From the NCBI GenBank assembly GCA_964016885.1, contig OZ024741.1:345650001-345714000 (forward strand): 64,000 nucleotides of DNA, given 5' to 3'. The notes under the pieces were generated by a model. It worked only from the letters and a program-made list of their open reading frames with translations. It was not told the origin of the DNA and made no database searches. Source of the stretch: Eledone cirrhosa. Taxonomy: Eukaryota. Position numbers and translations under genes: made by a program. Positions 37,983-51,901 of this stretch are shown piece by piece (position 1 is the stretch's first letter; each line of letters starts with the position of its first letter).

Positions 37983-39253
37983 AGACGAGACAGGCACCAG
38001 TGGCAGAAAATTTGATTAATGTAAAACTGTTCTAATCGATGGCTGATTATTTTAATCTTAACTATAGTAAAGAAAGGAGTGCGGGACTGCATCCAGAATA
38101 TAATTTTTTATCCCGTTTATAAAATAAGTTGGATTACTTTGAATAAAAAATGAATGAATATTACATAATTTATCTGCTAAATTTCGTAGCTTTTGATTAA
38201 ATATATTTTATTTCTTATTTAAAGATTCACTTCTTTAAAATTTTCAAATGTCAACACTTCCGGTTAGCGATCACTTAAATAAACATTAATATATTTCCAT
38301 CACTAATTTTCTCCTAATGCAGTTTATATATAATATCGTCTCCTTTTAATGTATCATGGATTACGTTACTGATTACATAAAGCAGTCTTCGTTCAATTTC
38401 TGTGTATATTGTCAATTACGATTTTATTTGATGTATCATATCTACATGCATATGTACTTGCGTATAATATCAATATGCACACTACACATGCTAGCAGAAA
38501 ACCCCCGAGGTATGGTTTTTATGCTAGTACCCCTAATAATTGTCACGATTCAAACCGGCCGCTATCAGGTCAACCAGAGGTTTGTGATAGTCAACTCTGT
38601 CGTGTGCTTTCGACTGATCTAAATTCCACTGATGTATCGCATGAAGTATAGGCTAAAATAGATTAACCGGAGATCGTCTCTGTTTAAATAATCGACGAAG
38701 AGTGTCAAACACTTGACAGGTGTCTTTGCCAAATTCTTCAATCATGTTTTGAACCAAGGAAGTGTTTATGGGTCAATGTTTACACGAATTTCTAATCGGC
38801 CAACTAACACCGACTCTAATTTGTTTAAATTTTTAGGAGATTGAACGATTAAACAGAAGCCCTCTCATTAGTTCAGGCTGTGATATTTATATTGGTATGT
38901 GGTAGATGTGATAGGATAGTTGTATTACTAGCGTTAGTTGCGTTAGTACCTGTTGTGATTGCGAAGGTTGTCGTTTTTTGTGATGGTTATCGTTGTCATA
39001 ACGATAAAGGAACGGCACTGATTATTCTATTAGCAAAATACATCTTCAAAGTTGTTTAAATGTTTTTCAATTGTTTTCATCTTCTATATTTCAATACAAC
39101 GCTGAACAACAACGAAGAGGTATGACAACATCACAAAACTATACACTGATCAAGACTACCATCCTCTCATACCAGTCTTTCTAACCACCAAGTTATATGT
39201 TATATTGATGTATGTTGGTGTACACCTGGCTATCTATCTATCTACCTATCTAT

Positions 39254-41830
39254 TCTGGACCCGGAGGGTCGACTGGTGGTCCTAGACGTTGACGATAGTG
39301 AAGGTGGAGCCTTCAGGCTGGTGGCCGCATATGCCCCATCCGGGACACCGCGGCCAGACTTCTTCAAACGTCTAGAGACTTTTCTGGGAAGGTCCCGCTC
39401 CCTGCTGTTAGTGGGGGACTGGAATGGAATTCTAGATGCACGTTGGGACTATGTGGGAACATATTCCGATAGAGGGGGTGTAACAGCCTCAAACAGTTAA
39501 TCTGCCGATTTGACCTGGCCGATAGATATCGACTATATTTTCCGACTGTGCCACTGTGGACGTGGACTAATCTCAGCGGAACATCTAGATCGTACCTAGA
39601 TAGGGTTCTAGTTAGAAAGAAGGATAGGGACATGTTAAGCTGTCCACAAATGTTCGTGGTTGCCTATTCAGATCACAAATTAGTGACTTGCTTAGTCAAC
39701 CTTGATAAAACCCATAGACAGGGACCCGGCTACTGGAAGCTGAACTTGTCGTTACCGACATACAAAGCCTACAGTAGACGGATTAGCACTTGAGTTAAGC
39801 AGCACTTGACGGAGGTCATTGCTAACAACAGATGGTGGTACTCTCTCAAGAGGGCAGTTAGATTACACTCGATAGGTTTTAGTAAAGAATTAGTGTTAGA
39901 TAGAAATAAGACCGAAAAGGAACTGGTAGATAAAGTAGAAGAGGCACTTAGGAGTGGAAATGTAGCCAGCGTGCTAGCGACGAGAACGACATTGGACCAG
40001 TTCTTCGACGCAAAGCATGAGGGCTGCGTTGTCAGAAGCAAAATACGTGCTCTGGGAAACGAGGGAACCAAAGCTGTTAGCTGGGCCCGAGTGACAGAGG
40101 CGAAAAGTGGCAACAAATCCACGATTCGGTCTTTGAAGGACCAAGACGGACGCGTGATACGTGAGCCGAAGCAGATGTGCGTGGCCTTTCAGCGGCACTT
40201 TGCTCAACTGTTCGGGCAGGGCAGCGCGTCGGGAGGGGCTATGGATTTCGGTCCATACTTCGACGGCCTACTGCGACTCTCGGACAGCGAGGCGAAGTTC
40301 TGCGAAAGGCCGATTTCGGCCGCTGAGATAGGAGACGCGCTGGGCCAATGCAGCAAACGCAAATCTCCAGGTCTCGACGGTCTACCCTACGAATTTTACG
40401 TAGCAATGCCAGACTTGTTCTCCTGTCTCCTGGAAGCGGTCTACTGCAACTTGCAGCAGAACGGGAGAATTCCCAGTTCTGTGACCAAGGGCGTAATCAC
40501 GTTAGTCAGGAGGACGAGAACAAGGGGGATGACATAGGCAACTTCCGGCCCATAACTCTGCTCAACACAGAGTTACAGATTTTGGCCAAGGTGTTGGCAA
40601 AGAGGCTGGCGCTTGTCGTCGAAAACCTGGTGGGAGAAGCGCAGACATGCGCAATCCGGACCAGGTCCATACACGACAACCTCCACCTCATGCGATACAT
40701 CATAGAGAGGGTGGGGTGTAAACCCGGCTTCGGTGGGGCCCTGATCAACTTGGATCAGTTTAAGGCTTTCGATAGGGTTGACCATCGTTATCTGGATGCG
40801 GTGCTCGAGGCGGCAGGCTTCGGACCCATGTTCAGGGCTGGATTGCTGCAATGCACAGCAGCAACATCTGCTCAAGAGTCAAGGTGAACGGCTACCTATC
40901 GGAGCCGTTCCATATCACGCGATCCATCCGACAGGGATGTCCTCTCTCCTCCCTTCTGTACGTACTGACTCTCGAGCCACTACTACGGAAGTTGGAGCTA
41001 TTGCAAGGCATCCCTTTGGAACCGGGACTGCGAAAAGCGGCGTCGGCCTACGCCGACGACGTGACAGTTATGGTGTGGAGTACCTCGTAAATCGGGGAGA
41101 TCGGCACTTTACTGGAGGAATACGAAAGGTTCACAGGAGCGAAGCTGAACCGGGACAAATTCGTAGGTTTGGAGAGGCAAACCGGTGCCTTCCGATGGCG
41201 TCGTCGGGCGCCGGACGGAAGGATCGGTAAAGCTGCTCGGTGTCTGGTTTGGTCCGGACCTCCAGGTGGAGAAGAACTGGAACGAGGTGACGGCCAAGGT
41301 GTTTGCGCTCACCCAGAAGTGGGCCGAGTGCAAACTATCTTTGAAAGGTCAAGCGGAGGTGGCGAACAATTTTATAGCGTCCGTCATCTACTACCGCTTG
41401 ACCGCCGTGCCTTGTCCAGCCAAAACGCTCACCAAAATGAAGTACGCGCTCTTCCAATTCCTTTGGAAGAAATGGGCTCCTTTGGTGAGAAGATCCATCT
41501 GCTGCCAACACCCTTCAAACGGAGGGCTGGGGATGCCGTGTCTGACGATGTTCAAACACGCGCTCAGGCTACGGCACCTCCACGTATTCCTCACCAGACA
41601 ACCGGTGTGAGCCCGTTCGTGAGGCGAGCCTCCCACGACTCGTCTCGCTGACCGAGCTGCAGTCCTGGGTCAAGCAAAGACCGAGGAAAATGGGCGACTG
41701 GCACATCCAATGTGCTCAGGCGCTCACAGTCCTCTGGCAAACGGACCCGGCGATCAGTGGAGACTCCACTTTGACATTCTATAGAGGGTTGGTCCGCAGC
41801 AAGTGCGACGACACGCTCGGAGAAACTCTA
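39254..41830 (+). mobile_element. Truncated L1/Tx1 copy (APE-RT), closely related to 28771-34602
   Basis: ORFs 39276-41651 match ORF2 (GDWNG, SDH, PGLDG, QGCPLS, YADD); 5' junction lies at (TCTA)n 39231-39253. Confidence 0.92.
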
Positions 41831-41904
41831 AAACAATAGCTTACGGTCTTCAAAATGCTTTTAATTAAGCATAAAGTGTATTGCAAAATACATTATATAT
41901 ACAT

Positions 41905-41947
<43 letters not shown>

Positions 41948-42065
41948 TAAACGGAATAGAAAATGCTGACAAATTGTTCACAGTTGAAAAATGGTTTAAT
42001 TAGGAATAAAAGAGTATTAGTGATTGTATGGGTTAGTATTCAGTTGTGGTTTTAAGTTTTTAAGT

Positions 42066-42102
42066 TTTTACCGGTTGCGCATTTCTAAATGCTTTTCAAA
42101 AA
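42066..42102 (-). ncRNA. Hammerhead-like motif with U3-A8 core (GAAA mutated to GCAA)
   Basis: TTT-TTGAAAA-GCATTT ag AAATGC-GCAA ccgg TA-AAA; same architecture as 12638-12673. Confidence 0.55.
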
Positions 42103-42423
42103 TAATTTTGAGATAGAGTGTCCGTGCTGTTTGCTCTGATCTGATTAGTTTTGGGAATTCTACCTGTTTTTATGTTAAAAAAATGGCTCCAGCGTTATTT
42201 TTGTGTTGCAAAAATGCTTGTGGTCAAAACAATTTTGATTGGTCGGTAGAGGTCATGTGAATGTAAAAAGTTGATTTTGCGCCAAGACTGTTTTTATGTT
42301 AAAATGTTAGAAAAGTGGCTCCAGCAAAAATTATGGTCAAAACAATTTTGATTGGTCGGTAGAGGTCATGTGGATAAAAAATTGGTTTTGCGCCAAGATT
42401 GAGAAATGACTCTTTCACAACAA

Positions 42424-42481
<58 letters not shown>

Positions 42482-42550
42482 TAGTAGTAGTAAGGTGTTC
42501 GATGCTGCGACAATAGCCACCAGCGATGTGTGTCAAATGGCTATTAAGAT

Positions 42551-42590
<40 letters not shown>

Positions 42591-42890
42591 ACATACACAC
42601 AGCAGAGTCATTCGAAGGTCAAAAGATATTTTTCAGCTTTTGTCTTATACGGAGAAGTGCGTGTGTGTGTGTGTGTATGTATAAGTCTCTTTGTATGTTG
42701 ATGTACGCGTGTGTATGTGTTTGTGTATATATGTGTGTGTGTGTGTGTGTGTGCGCGTGTGTGGGTGGACCAGTATTTTTTTCCCCCCTGGTAAAATGGT
42801 GTACATTATTCGATTTTTTCAGTAAAATCGGTTCTCTTAATAGAACATCAACAATCTTAACAATATAAGGTGTGAAATGATTTTCACTAT

Positions 42891-42938
<48 letters not shown>

Positions 42939-43116
42939 TTTCACTACATATATATATATATATATATACATATATACATACATATATCTGCACATATATT
43001 TTTTTGTATTGCACCATAGAGCATGTGTGTTTACGTGTGTCATTGTGTTTATATGTGGGTAGAGATGTGTGCTGATGTAGGTATGTATGTTGACGTGTGT
43101 ATGTTGTGGGTTCGTC

Positions 43117-45441
43117 TTAGGGAGAAGTGTTTAGACGGGGTCCGTATTTGTTAATGAAGTAAGATTCCTTGCTGATGCGCTGGGTGTGGGTGGCATTATC
43201 TTTAAATTTGTAGAGGGGAAAGATTCTGAAGTTGGGATGATTTTGGGCGGCGCAGGTATCAATGTGTTCACTCAGTGGTATTTTCCTGTATTCCCGTATT
43301 TTAATTTGGGATCTATGGACAGTCATGCGTTGGCGGAGGCTGTTTTTGGTCTGGCCTATGTATTGTTCTCGACAACCTGAACAAGTTAATACATATATTA
43401 AATTTTCCGATGCACATGTGAAATTGTGTTTTACTATAAAACGTTGTCCATCTTTGAAATAGAATTCCGAACCCTCTATTAGGTTGATGCAAATGCCACA
43501 GTTGGGTCTATCGCATTTTTTTACTGTGGGTTTCGTTGTTGTGGTTGGTAGTACTTTGGCATGTGTTAAGATGTTTTTCATTGACTTGGATTGTCTTTTG
43601 CTCTTTATGATATCGTGTGTTCGTAGAATTTGGTTCATTCTATGGTCCTTTTTCAATACAGGGATGTTCTGGAGGATGGTGTCAAAGGCCTCGTTGTTGA
43701 GGGGGTTGTGTGTGGAGATGTATGGAAGAGCTTTTAGTTTTGGTTGATTTACTTTAGGGTGTCTAAGGTCCTGGGTACTGAGTTTTAGGGCACGTTGGAT
43801 TCCATTGTCAATTAGTGATGCAGGGTAGTCCCTGCCTATGAGTGTGTCCTTTAGTTCTTGTAGCCGTAAGTAGCAGATGTTTTTATTGGAGACTATAGTA
43901 CAGATTCTCTTGGCTAAGTTGTAGGGAATATTAATTTTAACGTGTCTAGGGTGGCAAGAGTTGAAGGGGAGGTATTGCTTGGAGTCTGTGGGCTTGTAGT
44001 ATATGTCTGTTTCTATTTTTTTGTTATGGATCTTAATGAGGATGTCGAGGAAGGGGAGTTGTTGATGGCTGTATTCCATCGTGAAGTTAATATTTGTGTT
44101 GAGCCCATTTATAAGGGTGTGAAATTCTTTAAGTTTTTCGATGTTTTCGTGCCAAAGGATGAAGCAGTCATCAAGATATCGCTTCCAGTTCCTTTCAATG
44201 TGTAAGTGGAGGGTGTTTCCAAATTTGTTTAGGACTTTAGTGTAGAGGGTGATTTCCAGGTATCCCATGACTAGGTTGGCATACGTAGGGGCTGTTTTCG
44301 TTCCCATAGCGGTCCCAGATTTATGCCTGTAGGGTTTGTTATTGAAAACGAAGTAATTGTTCTCCAAGATAAATTTGAGTCCCTCTATCACGAATTCTTT
44401 TTTGATGCGTTGTGGGAGTTCATTGTGGAAGTTATCCAGCCAGAATTGGATAGCTTCTATTCCTAGGTTGTTGGGGATGTTGGAGTATAGGTTGACTACA
44501 TCGAACGTCACTAGTAGGGTTTGTTCAGAAAGTGGCATATTAGGGAGGTGATTGAGCATATCTAGGTCGTCCCTTATATAGCTTTTGATGTGCTTGAGGA
44601 AGGGTTTGAGAAGGGTATCAATGAAGTTGCTAAGACGGTGCGTTTCGCAAGCGGGGCCTGCTATTATAGGTCTTAATTTGAGATCATTGGGTGAGGGGAC
44701 ATTGATGACTATGTCTGTGGCTTCCTTGCATGCCTTACTGATTGATTCGCTTTTATGTACTTTAGGGATACCGTAGAAAAGGCTGGATTTACTTGTGAAG
44801 TCTGTGATGAAGCTGAATTCCTTGTTAGTGAGTCCTTCTTTGTATTGGTTGATTAGAGTTTTTAGGTTTCTCATAATTTTCTGTTGATTGTAGTGTTCAG
44901 CCTTTTCGTAGTATGTTTCGTTTTCCAAAGTGGAGAGCGCTAAGTTGATATAGAATTCTGTCTCCATTAGGACTACTGTACTCCCTTTATCAGCCTCTTT
45001 AATTGTAATGGTTCTGTCGGTTTTTAATCTATTTAATTCTTCCCATTCTTTCTTGTTGAGGTTTGGCTTGTGTTTTTGTCTGTGCAAGTGTTGGTAAGGG
45101 AAGTTTGTGATGTGTTCACAGAATTCGTCCAGGATTTTATTTCTACCTTTTGAAGGGGTGTAATTGCTTCTATTTCTGGCTAATGATTCATCCTCATTGT
45201 ACTGGTCGAATAGTTGTTCACTAAGTCGTAACTTTCTACAGAAGTCTGTGATGTCTTCCTTCATTTCATAGTAGTTAGGACGTAGTGGGGTCGGTGTGAA
45301 TTTAAGACCTTTGGAGAGTAAGTTGATAAGGTTGGGTGTTGGTTCTGCACTAGTAAGATTGATAATTTTTATTACTATCGGTTTCTCCTCCCTGTCTTGT
45401 GTTATTTTGTTTGCCTGTATCTGTGTGCTGTGTCTAAAAAA
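43117..45441 (-). CDS. PLE reverse transcriptase + GIY-YIG endonuclease; frame is open from the slippery site, first ATG only at 45264
   Basis: 715-aa ORF with KEADKG, FDVVNLY, GTAMG, WKRYLDD and LIYVLTC..C..QYIGQT; the conserved IINL...LLSKGLKFTPTP block lies upstream of the ATG in the same open frame. Confidence 0.93.
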   Translation of the reverse strand, partial: FFRHSTQIQANKITQDREEKPIVIKIINLTSAEPTPNLINLLSKGLKFTPTPLRPNYYEMKEDITDFCRKLRLSEQLFDQYNEDESLARNRSNYTPSKGRNKILDEFCEHITNFPYQHLHRQKHKPNLNKKEWEELNRLKTDRTITIKEADKGSTVVLMETEFYINLALSTLENETYYEKAEHYNQQKIMRNLKTLINQYKEGLTNKEFSFITDFTSKSSLFYGIPKVHKSESISKACKEATDIVINVPSPNDLKLRPIIAGPACETHRLSNFIDTLLKPFLKHIKSYIRDDLDMLNHLPNMPLSEQTLLVTFDVVNLYSNIPNNLGIEAIQFWLDNFHNELPQRIKKEFVIEGLKFILENNYFVFNNKPYRHKSGTAMGTKTAPTYANLVMGYLEITLYTKVLNKFGNTLHLHIERNWKRYLDDCFILWHENIEKLKEFHTLINGLNTNINFTMEYSHQQLPFLDILIKIHNKKIETDIYYKPTDSKQYLPFNSCHPRHVKINIPYNLAKRICTIVSNKNICYLRLQELKDTLIGRDYPASLIDNGIQRALKLSTQDLRHPKVNQPKLKALPYISTHNPLNNEAFDTILQNIPVLKKDHRMNQILRTHDIIKSKRQSKSMKNILTHAKVLPTTTTKPTVKKCDRPNCGICINLIEGSEFYFKDGQRFIVKHNFTCASENLIYVLTCSGCREQYIGQTKNSLRQRMTVHRSQIKIREYRKIPLSEHIDTCAAQNHPNFRIFPLYKFKDNATHTQRISKESYFINKYGPRLNTSP

Positions 45442-46207
45442 TGGTTGGGGTAGAGGGGTTGTCTGCTGATGTTAAGTGGTCTCCTGTGTTTTTTATATTC
45501 CTTGTTGTTGTAAAATGTGGTTCGGGTTGGTGGTTGTAGATTGAATGGGGTGTTCCTGTACTGCGAGTATGGGTGTGTGTTTCTATGTGCCATGTTGTAT
45601 TGTGGTGTTATAAGTGGCCTACGTTGTTGGTTGTATCGTGTGGTGTGGGTTTGTTGTGTATTGTGGAAGTGAGAGTTGAGAAAATGGTAATTACCTTGCT
45701 GTCCCCTTGAGGCGGGGAAGTTGTTGCATCTATCATGGCGGTGGTATCTTTTCCCTATGTTTGACGATGAGGAATCCGCGTAGTAGTTGAGTGATTTGGT
45801 ATGGTGTCTCCTTGAAGGGGGAAAGTTGTAAATGTCATTCTGGGGGAGATGATTTCTTGGGTTTTTGTTCCTTCTTATGGTAGCGAGGTTGGGAAGTTCA
45901 TCTTCGGTGTGGTGCTTCCTTCTTCGTTTGTTTGAGGCTTGGGGGTTTGAGAAGTTGTTGTGCGGTTCAGTTATGGGTTTTCCTATTTTTATGAACGGGT
46001 TATTGGAGGTGTAATCCGTTTGAAAAGTCGATTCATAGTGTAGGAACCAAGCGGCACTTTTTTCCCAGCGTTGAAGGGATTTCAGTTCTTCTCTGTTGCA
46101 GTCCCCTTTCCATAATTTGGAGATCTTCTCTACCTTGGGGCCTTCAGTTTTGTTGTTGATTTCCAGGAGGATCTCTTCATCGATGGTTTTGATTTTTTCC
46201 TCATTTG

Positions 46208-46210
<3 letters not shown>
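45402..46210 (-). CDS. PLE upstream ORF1, 5'-truncated; overlaps the RT frame, which is -1 relative to it
   Basis: Open ~270 codons; homologous to 8455-9442; ends NHFLDTAHRYRQTK*. Confidence 0.8.
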
Positions 46211-46264
<54 letters not shown>

Positions 46265-46265
<1 letters not shown>

Positions 46266-48511
46266 ATAATAATAAATTTGAAGACTAAAATTCAAAGAGA
46301 GCTCGATAAGGATAAATATATATCAAATATATAAGAACCGTAGACCAAATATTTATTAAAATAACAGATTAAAGTTTAAGCAAAGAATCGCTGCTTTCAC
46401 CCTTAAAGGGATCTTCTGAAACTAACAAAGTCAATCCACAAATATCCACTTCTGTGTTTACAACGCAGAAGTGGATATTTAAAAAAACGTTGCAACCGGA
46501 AGAAGACAGGAAGACGATACTTTGGTTCGTGGAAACGTTCCCTTCACAAATCATACAGGTAATATATAATTACCTATGCAAATAAGTAATGGTATAAACA
46601 TAACATATACTTAGCTACCACATCAAGACGTAAAATATCCACGTATAGATCGTACTATCCGTTAGGGTATAATGTGGGGCTGTAATACAGGAAAGTTTTG
46701 TGCAATTTATGTTTACAAGCCGAAATTGCCTCAGAATTTTTGTTTAAGATGTGGTGTGGCGTAGAGTATTTCCAGGGCCTCAGCGGCGCAGAGGTCACAA
46801 GGTCTTTTATTTCCGTTATACGATCTAGCCCTAACTAGGATCTCCCAGTGTAACTTATATTGGGTGTGGTTGTCTTTTAGACTCCAAATATAAGCTGAAA
46901 GTGACGTAATATTCCTTCTTAGAGGGTAACGAAAAGAATAGGTATGCATGTAAAGACGCTGCTTGAATCTATTGTCGGTTAACCCTATGTAGGCCCTACG
47001 GGACGTGGGTGTTTCAACCTTACATTGGTAGACAATGTTACTAGAGAGGCATTTCCCGGATAGGGGGCAATCAACCCGATTCCTACAATTACAGTTAGTA
47101 CTAACTACAGGGTTGCACGTGTTCCTACGGCTAGGTAGTTTAGCTAAATTTGAAGCTGTGATGTTATGTGCAAGGTTAGGAGTCGTAGAGTAAGAAATTT
47201 TAATAGTATTTCTATTAAAAATTTTAGTATATTTATGTGTAGGGGGAAAATGCTTCGTAATAAGGGATAGAAAGATCTTAGCTAATGGTGTGGACACCTC
47301 CATATTATATGGTGGGTTATACCATATAATGCGATGGGATCTATTTCTTCTAGGTCTATTCTCGTACTCTGTATATGCTACCTTATCGACAAATCCACTC
47401 TGAGCAAGAGCTTCATTGAAATAAGTGGAATGGTCGTTAGTAGATAGACGGGAAAACCTCAACGAAACGTTTCTTACCAGGTTCTTGGTTATGCTGGCAG
47501 GATAGTTGGAATGCCTACTTATGTAATTAAGCGTATCATTCGGCTTTCTATACGGGTAATACAAGCCATTCGATAAATTGAGGGTAACGTCGAGGTAATT
47601 AACGACCGAGAGGTTGGCCTCAACCTGTATAGAGAGGTTGAAGTCTTTAAAGAAGGCTGTGAGTTCTTTTCTGAACCTGTCGCAAGCACGAGGGCCGCAC
47701 TTAGTCATGGTCAAAAGACCATCATCTCGGTACAAACCACCGCCCACGTTGGGGAATTCGTCCTTGATAGAGAAAAGAAGGAAAAGGCCAATAAGATCAG
47801 TAACCTCCGCAGAATCGCTGGCGCCCATACTCACGTCGAATGGGGTACTATTGGATTTTTTAATCCAAATAGAGTCGTCGAAATTAATCACCGACTTACG
47901 GGCATTGAGGATGACATCAACTTCGAAATCCTTAACCACTGTGAGTGTTTTAGTGAAATTGAAAGCTCTAAGGAGAAGTGGTAAAGTGATGGAGGAGTAG
48001 TAATTGTTGATATCGAATTGGATAAAACGGCAATGTTCCTTGTTGCATATGCCGTTGAACCAATCAATCACCGCGAAAGAATTGTTCCACAGTGCAAGAG
48101 GGGCCACACTTCTAATTTCAGGTATAATTCTATCAAGAATCCTTTTATTAAGTCTACCTAAATCGGACTTCGTAGGGGTAATAAGCCGAATAGAGGGGTT
48201 GTTAGGAAAATTGGATTTGTGATCCTTCAGGGTAAAGAGGGGAGAAATAGGGTCCAGAGGTTCGGTCCGGTCCAGGATGTTGAGATCAGAGGTGATTTTA
48301 AACCCAGCATCGTTGATTTCATTGATGACGCACCGATTAGTTTTACGGTAATCCTTAGTTACAGCATTATGTAACAGTTGATGGTAAGTACTGCGCTCCA
48401 CATGATATAGGTTGCCAGTTTTGTCGGAATGGACGTGCACGGCATTAGAATCCTTAATAGAACGAATTCTATTCTTTAGGTCCTGCTGGAAGGAATTGCT
48501 CCTATTCCGAA

Positions 48512-48514
<3 letters not shown>
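46265..48514 (-). mobile_element. PLE of a different clade (YRDD-type RT + GIY-YIG), 5'-truncated, with 3' pseudo-LTR
   Basis: ORF 46731-48632 after removing the (TA)n part: SDKT, LKDHK, FDINNYY, MGASDSAE, GLYRDDGL, CNC..CPLSGKC..IVY..YIG..CDLC. Confidence 0.93.
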
Positions 48515-48592
<78 letters not shown>

Positions 48593-48727
48593 TTCTAATG
48601 AATGAAACAGTTCTAGTCCTGTAGAATCTCATCTATATTAAAACTTTTATACTCTGCTATGTATTGAGTACCTTACTTACTGTGGTTACCTCCGATTCAA
48701 CCCGGAATAACGTATATATATATATAT

Positions 48728-48862
48728 AAATGGAAAAGAATGAAACGAAATTTCATTTCTCAGTCTTAGTACGGCTGATACTTAAATGTAAGTATGTATG
48801 TATACGTACATACATATATGTATACAGATGTACAGTTGTATGTATATATATATACATACATG

Positions 48863-48905
<43 letters not shown>

Positions 48906-49250
48906 GTATGGGTTTACCGAACATTTATTATAATGTTCGGTTTGTTTGTAAACAAAAAGCCCGAATTACGCCGTACAGTGTTCAGGCAACCATAGTCGCC
49001 CTTTTGTTCAACACTGACACGGGAACGATGTACTAGTTTCAAGCTTATTAGCTATCGTCAGCATTGTATACCTTTCTGCCAGATGATTGAACGTCTGAAA
49101 GTATATACTTTCCTTATGCATATTAACGGCTGAGCAGCCTAATTTGCATATCGAGTGAGTTAGTCGGCCGGGCATACCGAAAACGATAAATGGAAAAGAA
49201 TGAAATGAAATTTCATTTCTCACTCTTCCTACGGCTGATACTTAGTACGG
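48728..49250 (-). repeat. Dispersed copy of the ~440-bp hammerhead repeat
   Basis: Reverse complement of the 18.2-kb unit; hammerhead at 49025-49067. Confidence 0.88.
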
Positions 49251-49258
49251 CTGATACT

Positions 49259-49863
<605 letters not shown>

Positions 49864-50014
49864 TTTGTCAGCATTTTCTTTTCCTTTTTACTAATATATA
49901 CAACCCGTGTGTCACACCTCTATTATTTTAAATACAGGGTCGATAACATAAACTACAAGTAATACACTGTGTAATTGCCTTGTGCCAAAAGTAGAAATAA
50001 TTATTTTAAATAGA

Positions 50015-50846
50015 TATCATTTATTTTGTTTTGACCTGTTTAGCTTGACTTGGTTTTTGACTTGGGTAGTTAACGCTTTCTTGACCACCTTTTCAGTTTT
50101 GTATGGCTTCTTAACACATTGTTTAGCTCTGGTTTTTAACTATTGAGCACTTTGCCAGTATCATTTCTGATTTTTGCGTTTCGCTTCGCTTTTCCTGCCC
50201 GCCAAAAATGCGATTCTCGCTGAATCTTTATTTGTATTAATCTCCCGTGTCTTACAATTAACTTGTTAATAATTTCTATTGACAGGTTAATTGTATAAGT
50301 TTATTTTAAACTACTCGGTTGAGAACTTATTCGATTTGTGCTATTTATGCTATTTTTCGCATGATTTACACCAACTGAATTACTTTGCCAAAATCTAGGG
50401 TTATTTCCCTTGTGATTTCCACACGTGGTTTTACTTACCACCGTGTCATTCACTTATTTGGTACAGAGCGAAATACCTGCTGATAACGTGATATTCCTTG
50501 TTCGATCGTTATACACAAAGCTTATAATTTTAAGCAAACTGTATTTTGATTTAGGTGTCACAGAAACTCTACATCGGATTTTAACAGCAATTCCGGGAGT
50601 CCAGGTCTGGTTATCACTTATTTTTTATCATTTATTTTATTTTGACCTGTTTAGCGTGATTTGGTTTTTGGTTTGGGTGGTTAATGCTTTCTTGACCACC
50701 TTTTCAGTTTTGTATGGCTTCTTAACACATTGTTTAGCTCTGGTTTTTAACTATTGAGCACTTTGGCAGTATCATTTCTGATTTTTGCGTTTCGCTTCGA
50801 TTTTCCTGCTCGCCGAAAATGCGATTCTCGCTGAATCTTTATTTGT
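50015..50846. repeat. ~220-bp direct repeat (50015-50236 and 50626-50846) flanking a ~390-bp unique segment
   Basis: Near-identical TTTTGACCTGTTTAGC...GAATCTTTATTTGTAT copies. Confidence 0.85.
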
Positions 50847-51349
50847 ATATATGTATATATATATAGACAATCCTGACGAAGTGTAGTAGGAAACAATAAC
50901 AGCAAACACAACTCTCTTAAAACACAACAAAGCCACAGTTAACACTACGGCTGTACTTTCCTTTTGTCCGTTTATTTCTAACTTGTTTTACAATGCTTAT
51001 CTTCATTATTACTGCTACAATTACGATTCTTACAAAATCATTCTCGTCGTTGTTGTTGCTGTTTCTCTTGTTGTTGTTGTTATTCTTATTGCTCTTGGTC
51101 TTCTTCTTCTTCTTCTTCTTCTTCTTCTTCTTCTTCTTCTTCTTCATCACCATCTTCTCCCCCCCCCCTCCTATTATTTCTATATCGCTATCAGTAATGT
51201 CTTTGTTTTACACCATTCCGCTATTTCCGTTATGTGTTTGGTACGTCCTCTTTATGTTGTGGACAACAACAACAATAGTAACAATACTGTTTTATATAAC
51301 AGAATGTGGTCGTAGAGAAGGAAACATTGAAGAAAATACATTTTATGTA

Positions 51350-51454
51350 CACACACACACGCACACAGACGCAGACACACACATACACACACTCACGCTC
51401 TCATTCTAACACACACATATATAAATATATATATATGCATATACACACACACAC

Positions 51455-51489
<35 letters not shown>

Positions 51490-51521
51490 TATTTACACAC
51501 ATATACATACACACAGACACA

Positions 51522-51578
<57 letters not shown>

Positions 51579-51603
51579 TATATATATACAGTATATATAT
51601 ATG

Positions 51604-51634
<31 letters not shown>

Positions 51635-51795
51635 GTATATATATATATTATATATAATATATATATATATAATATATAATATATATATACATATATATAT
51701 ATATGTATATATATATACGTATATATATATATATATATATATATCAGTATATAATTACACATATACACATATATGTATGTATAATCACAGTATAA

Positions 51796-51835
<40 letters not shown>

Positions 51836-51851
51836 CACAGTATAATATATG

Positions 51852-51901
<50 letters not shown>

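Larger units (their letters stand above)
41945..46210 (-). mobile_element. Penelope-like retroelement (Neptune/Naiad-like) with intact RT-GIY-YIG frame, upstream ORF1 and long microsatellite-rich 3' UTR; 5'-truncated at (TA)n
   Basis: See the two CDS features; the 3' region has repeated ACCAATCAAA and a hammerhead-like motif at 42066-42102. Confidence 0.93.

Noticed and set aside
38660-38780. Peptide resembling LINE RT (LTGVFAKFFNHVL)
   Set aside because: Too short and degenerate to support a call.
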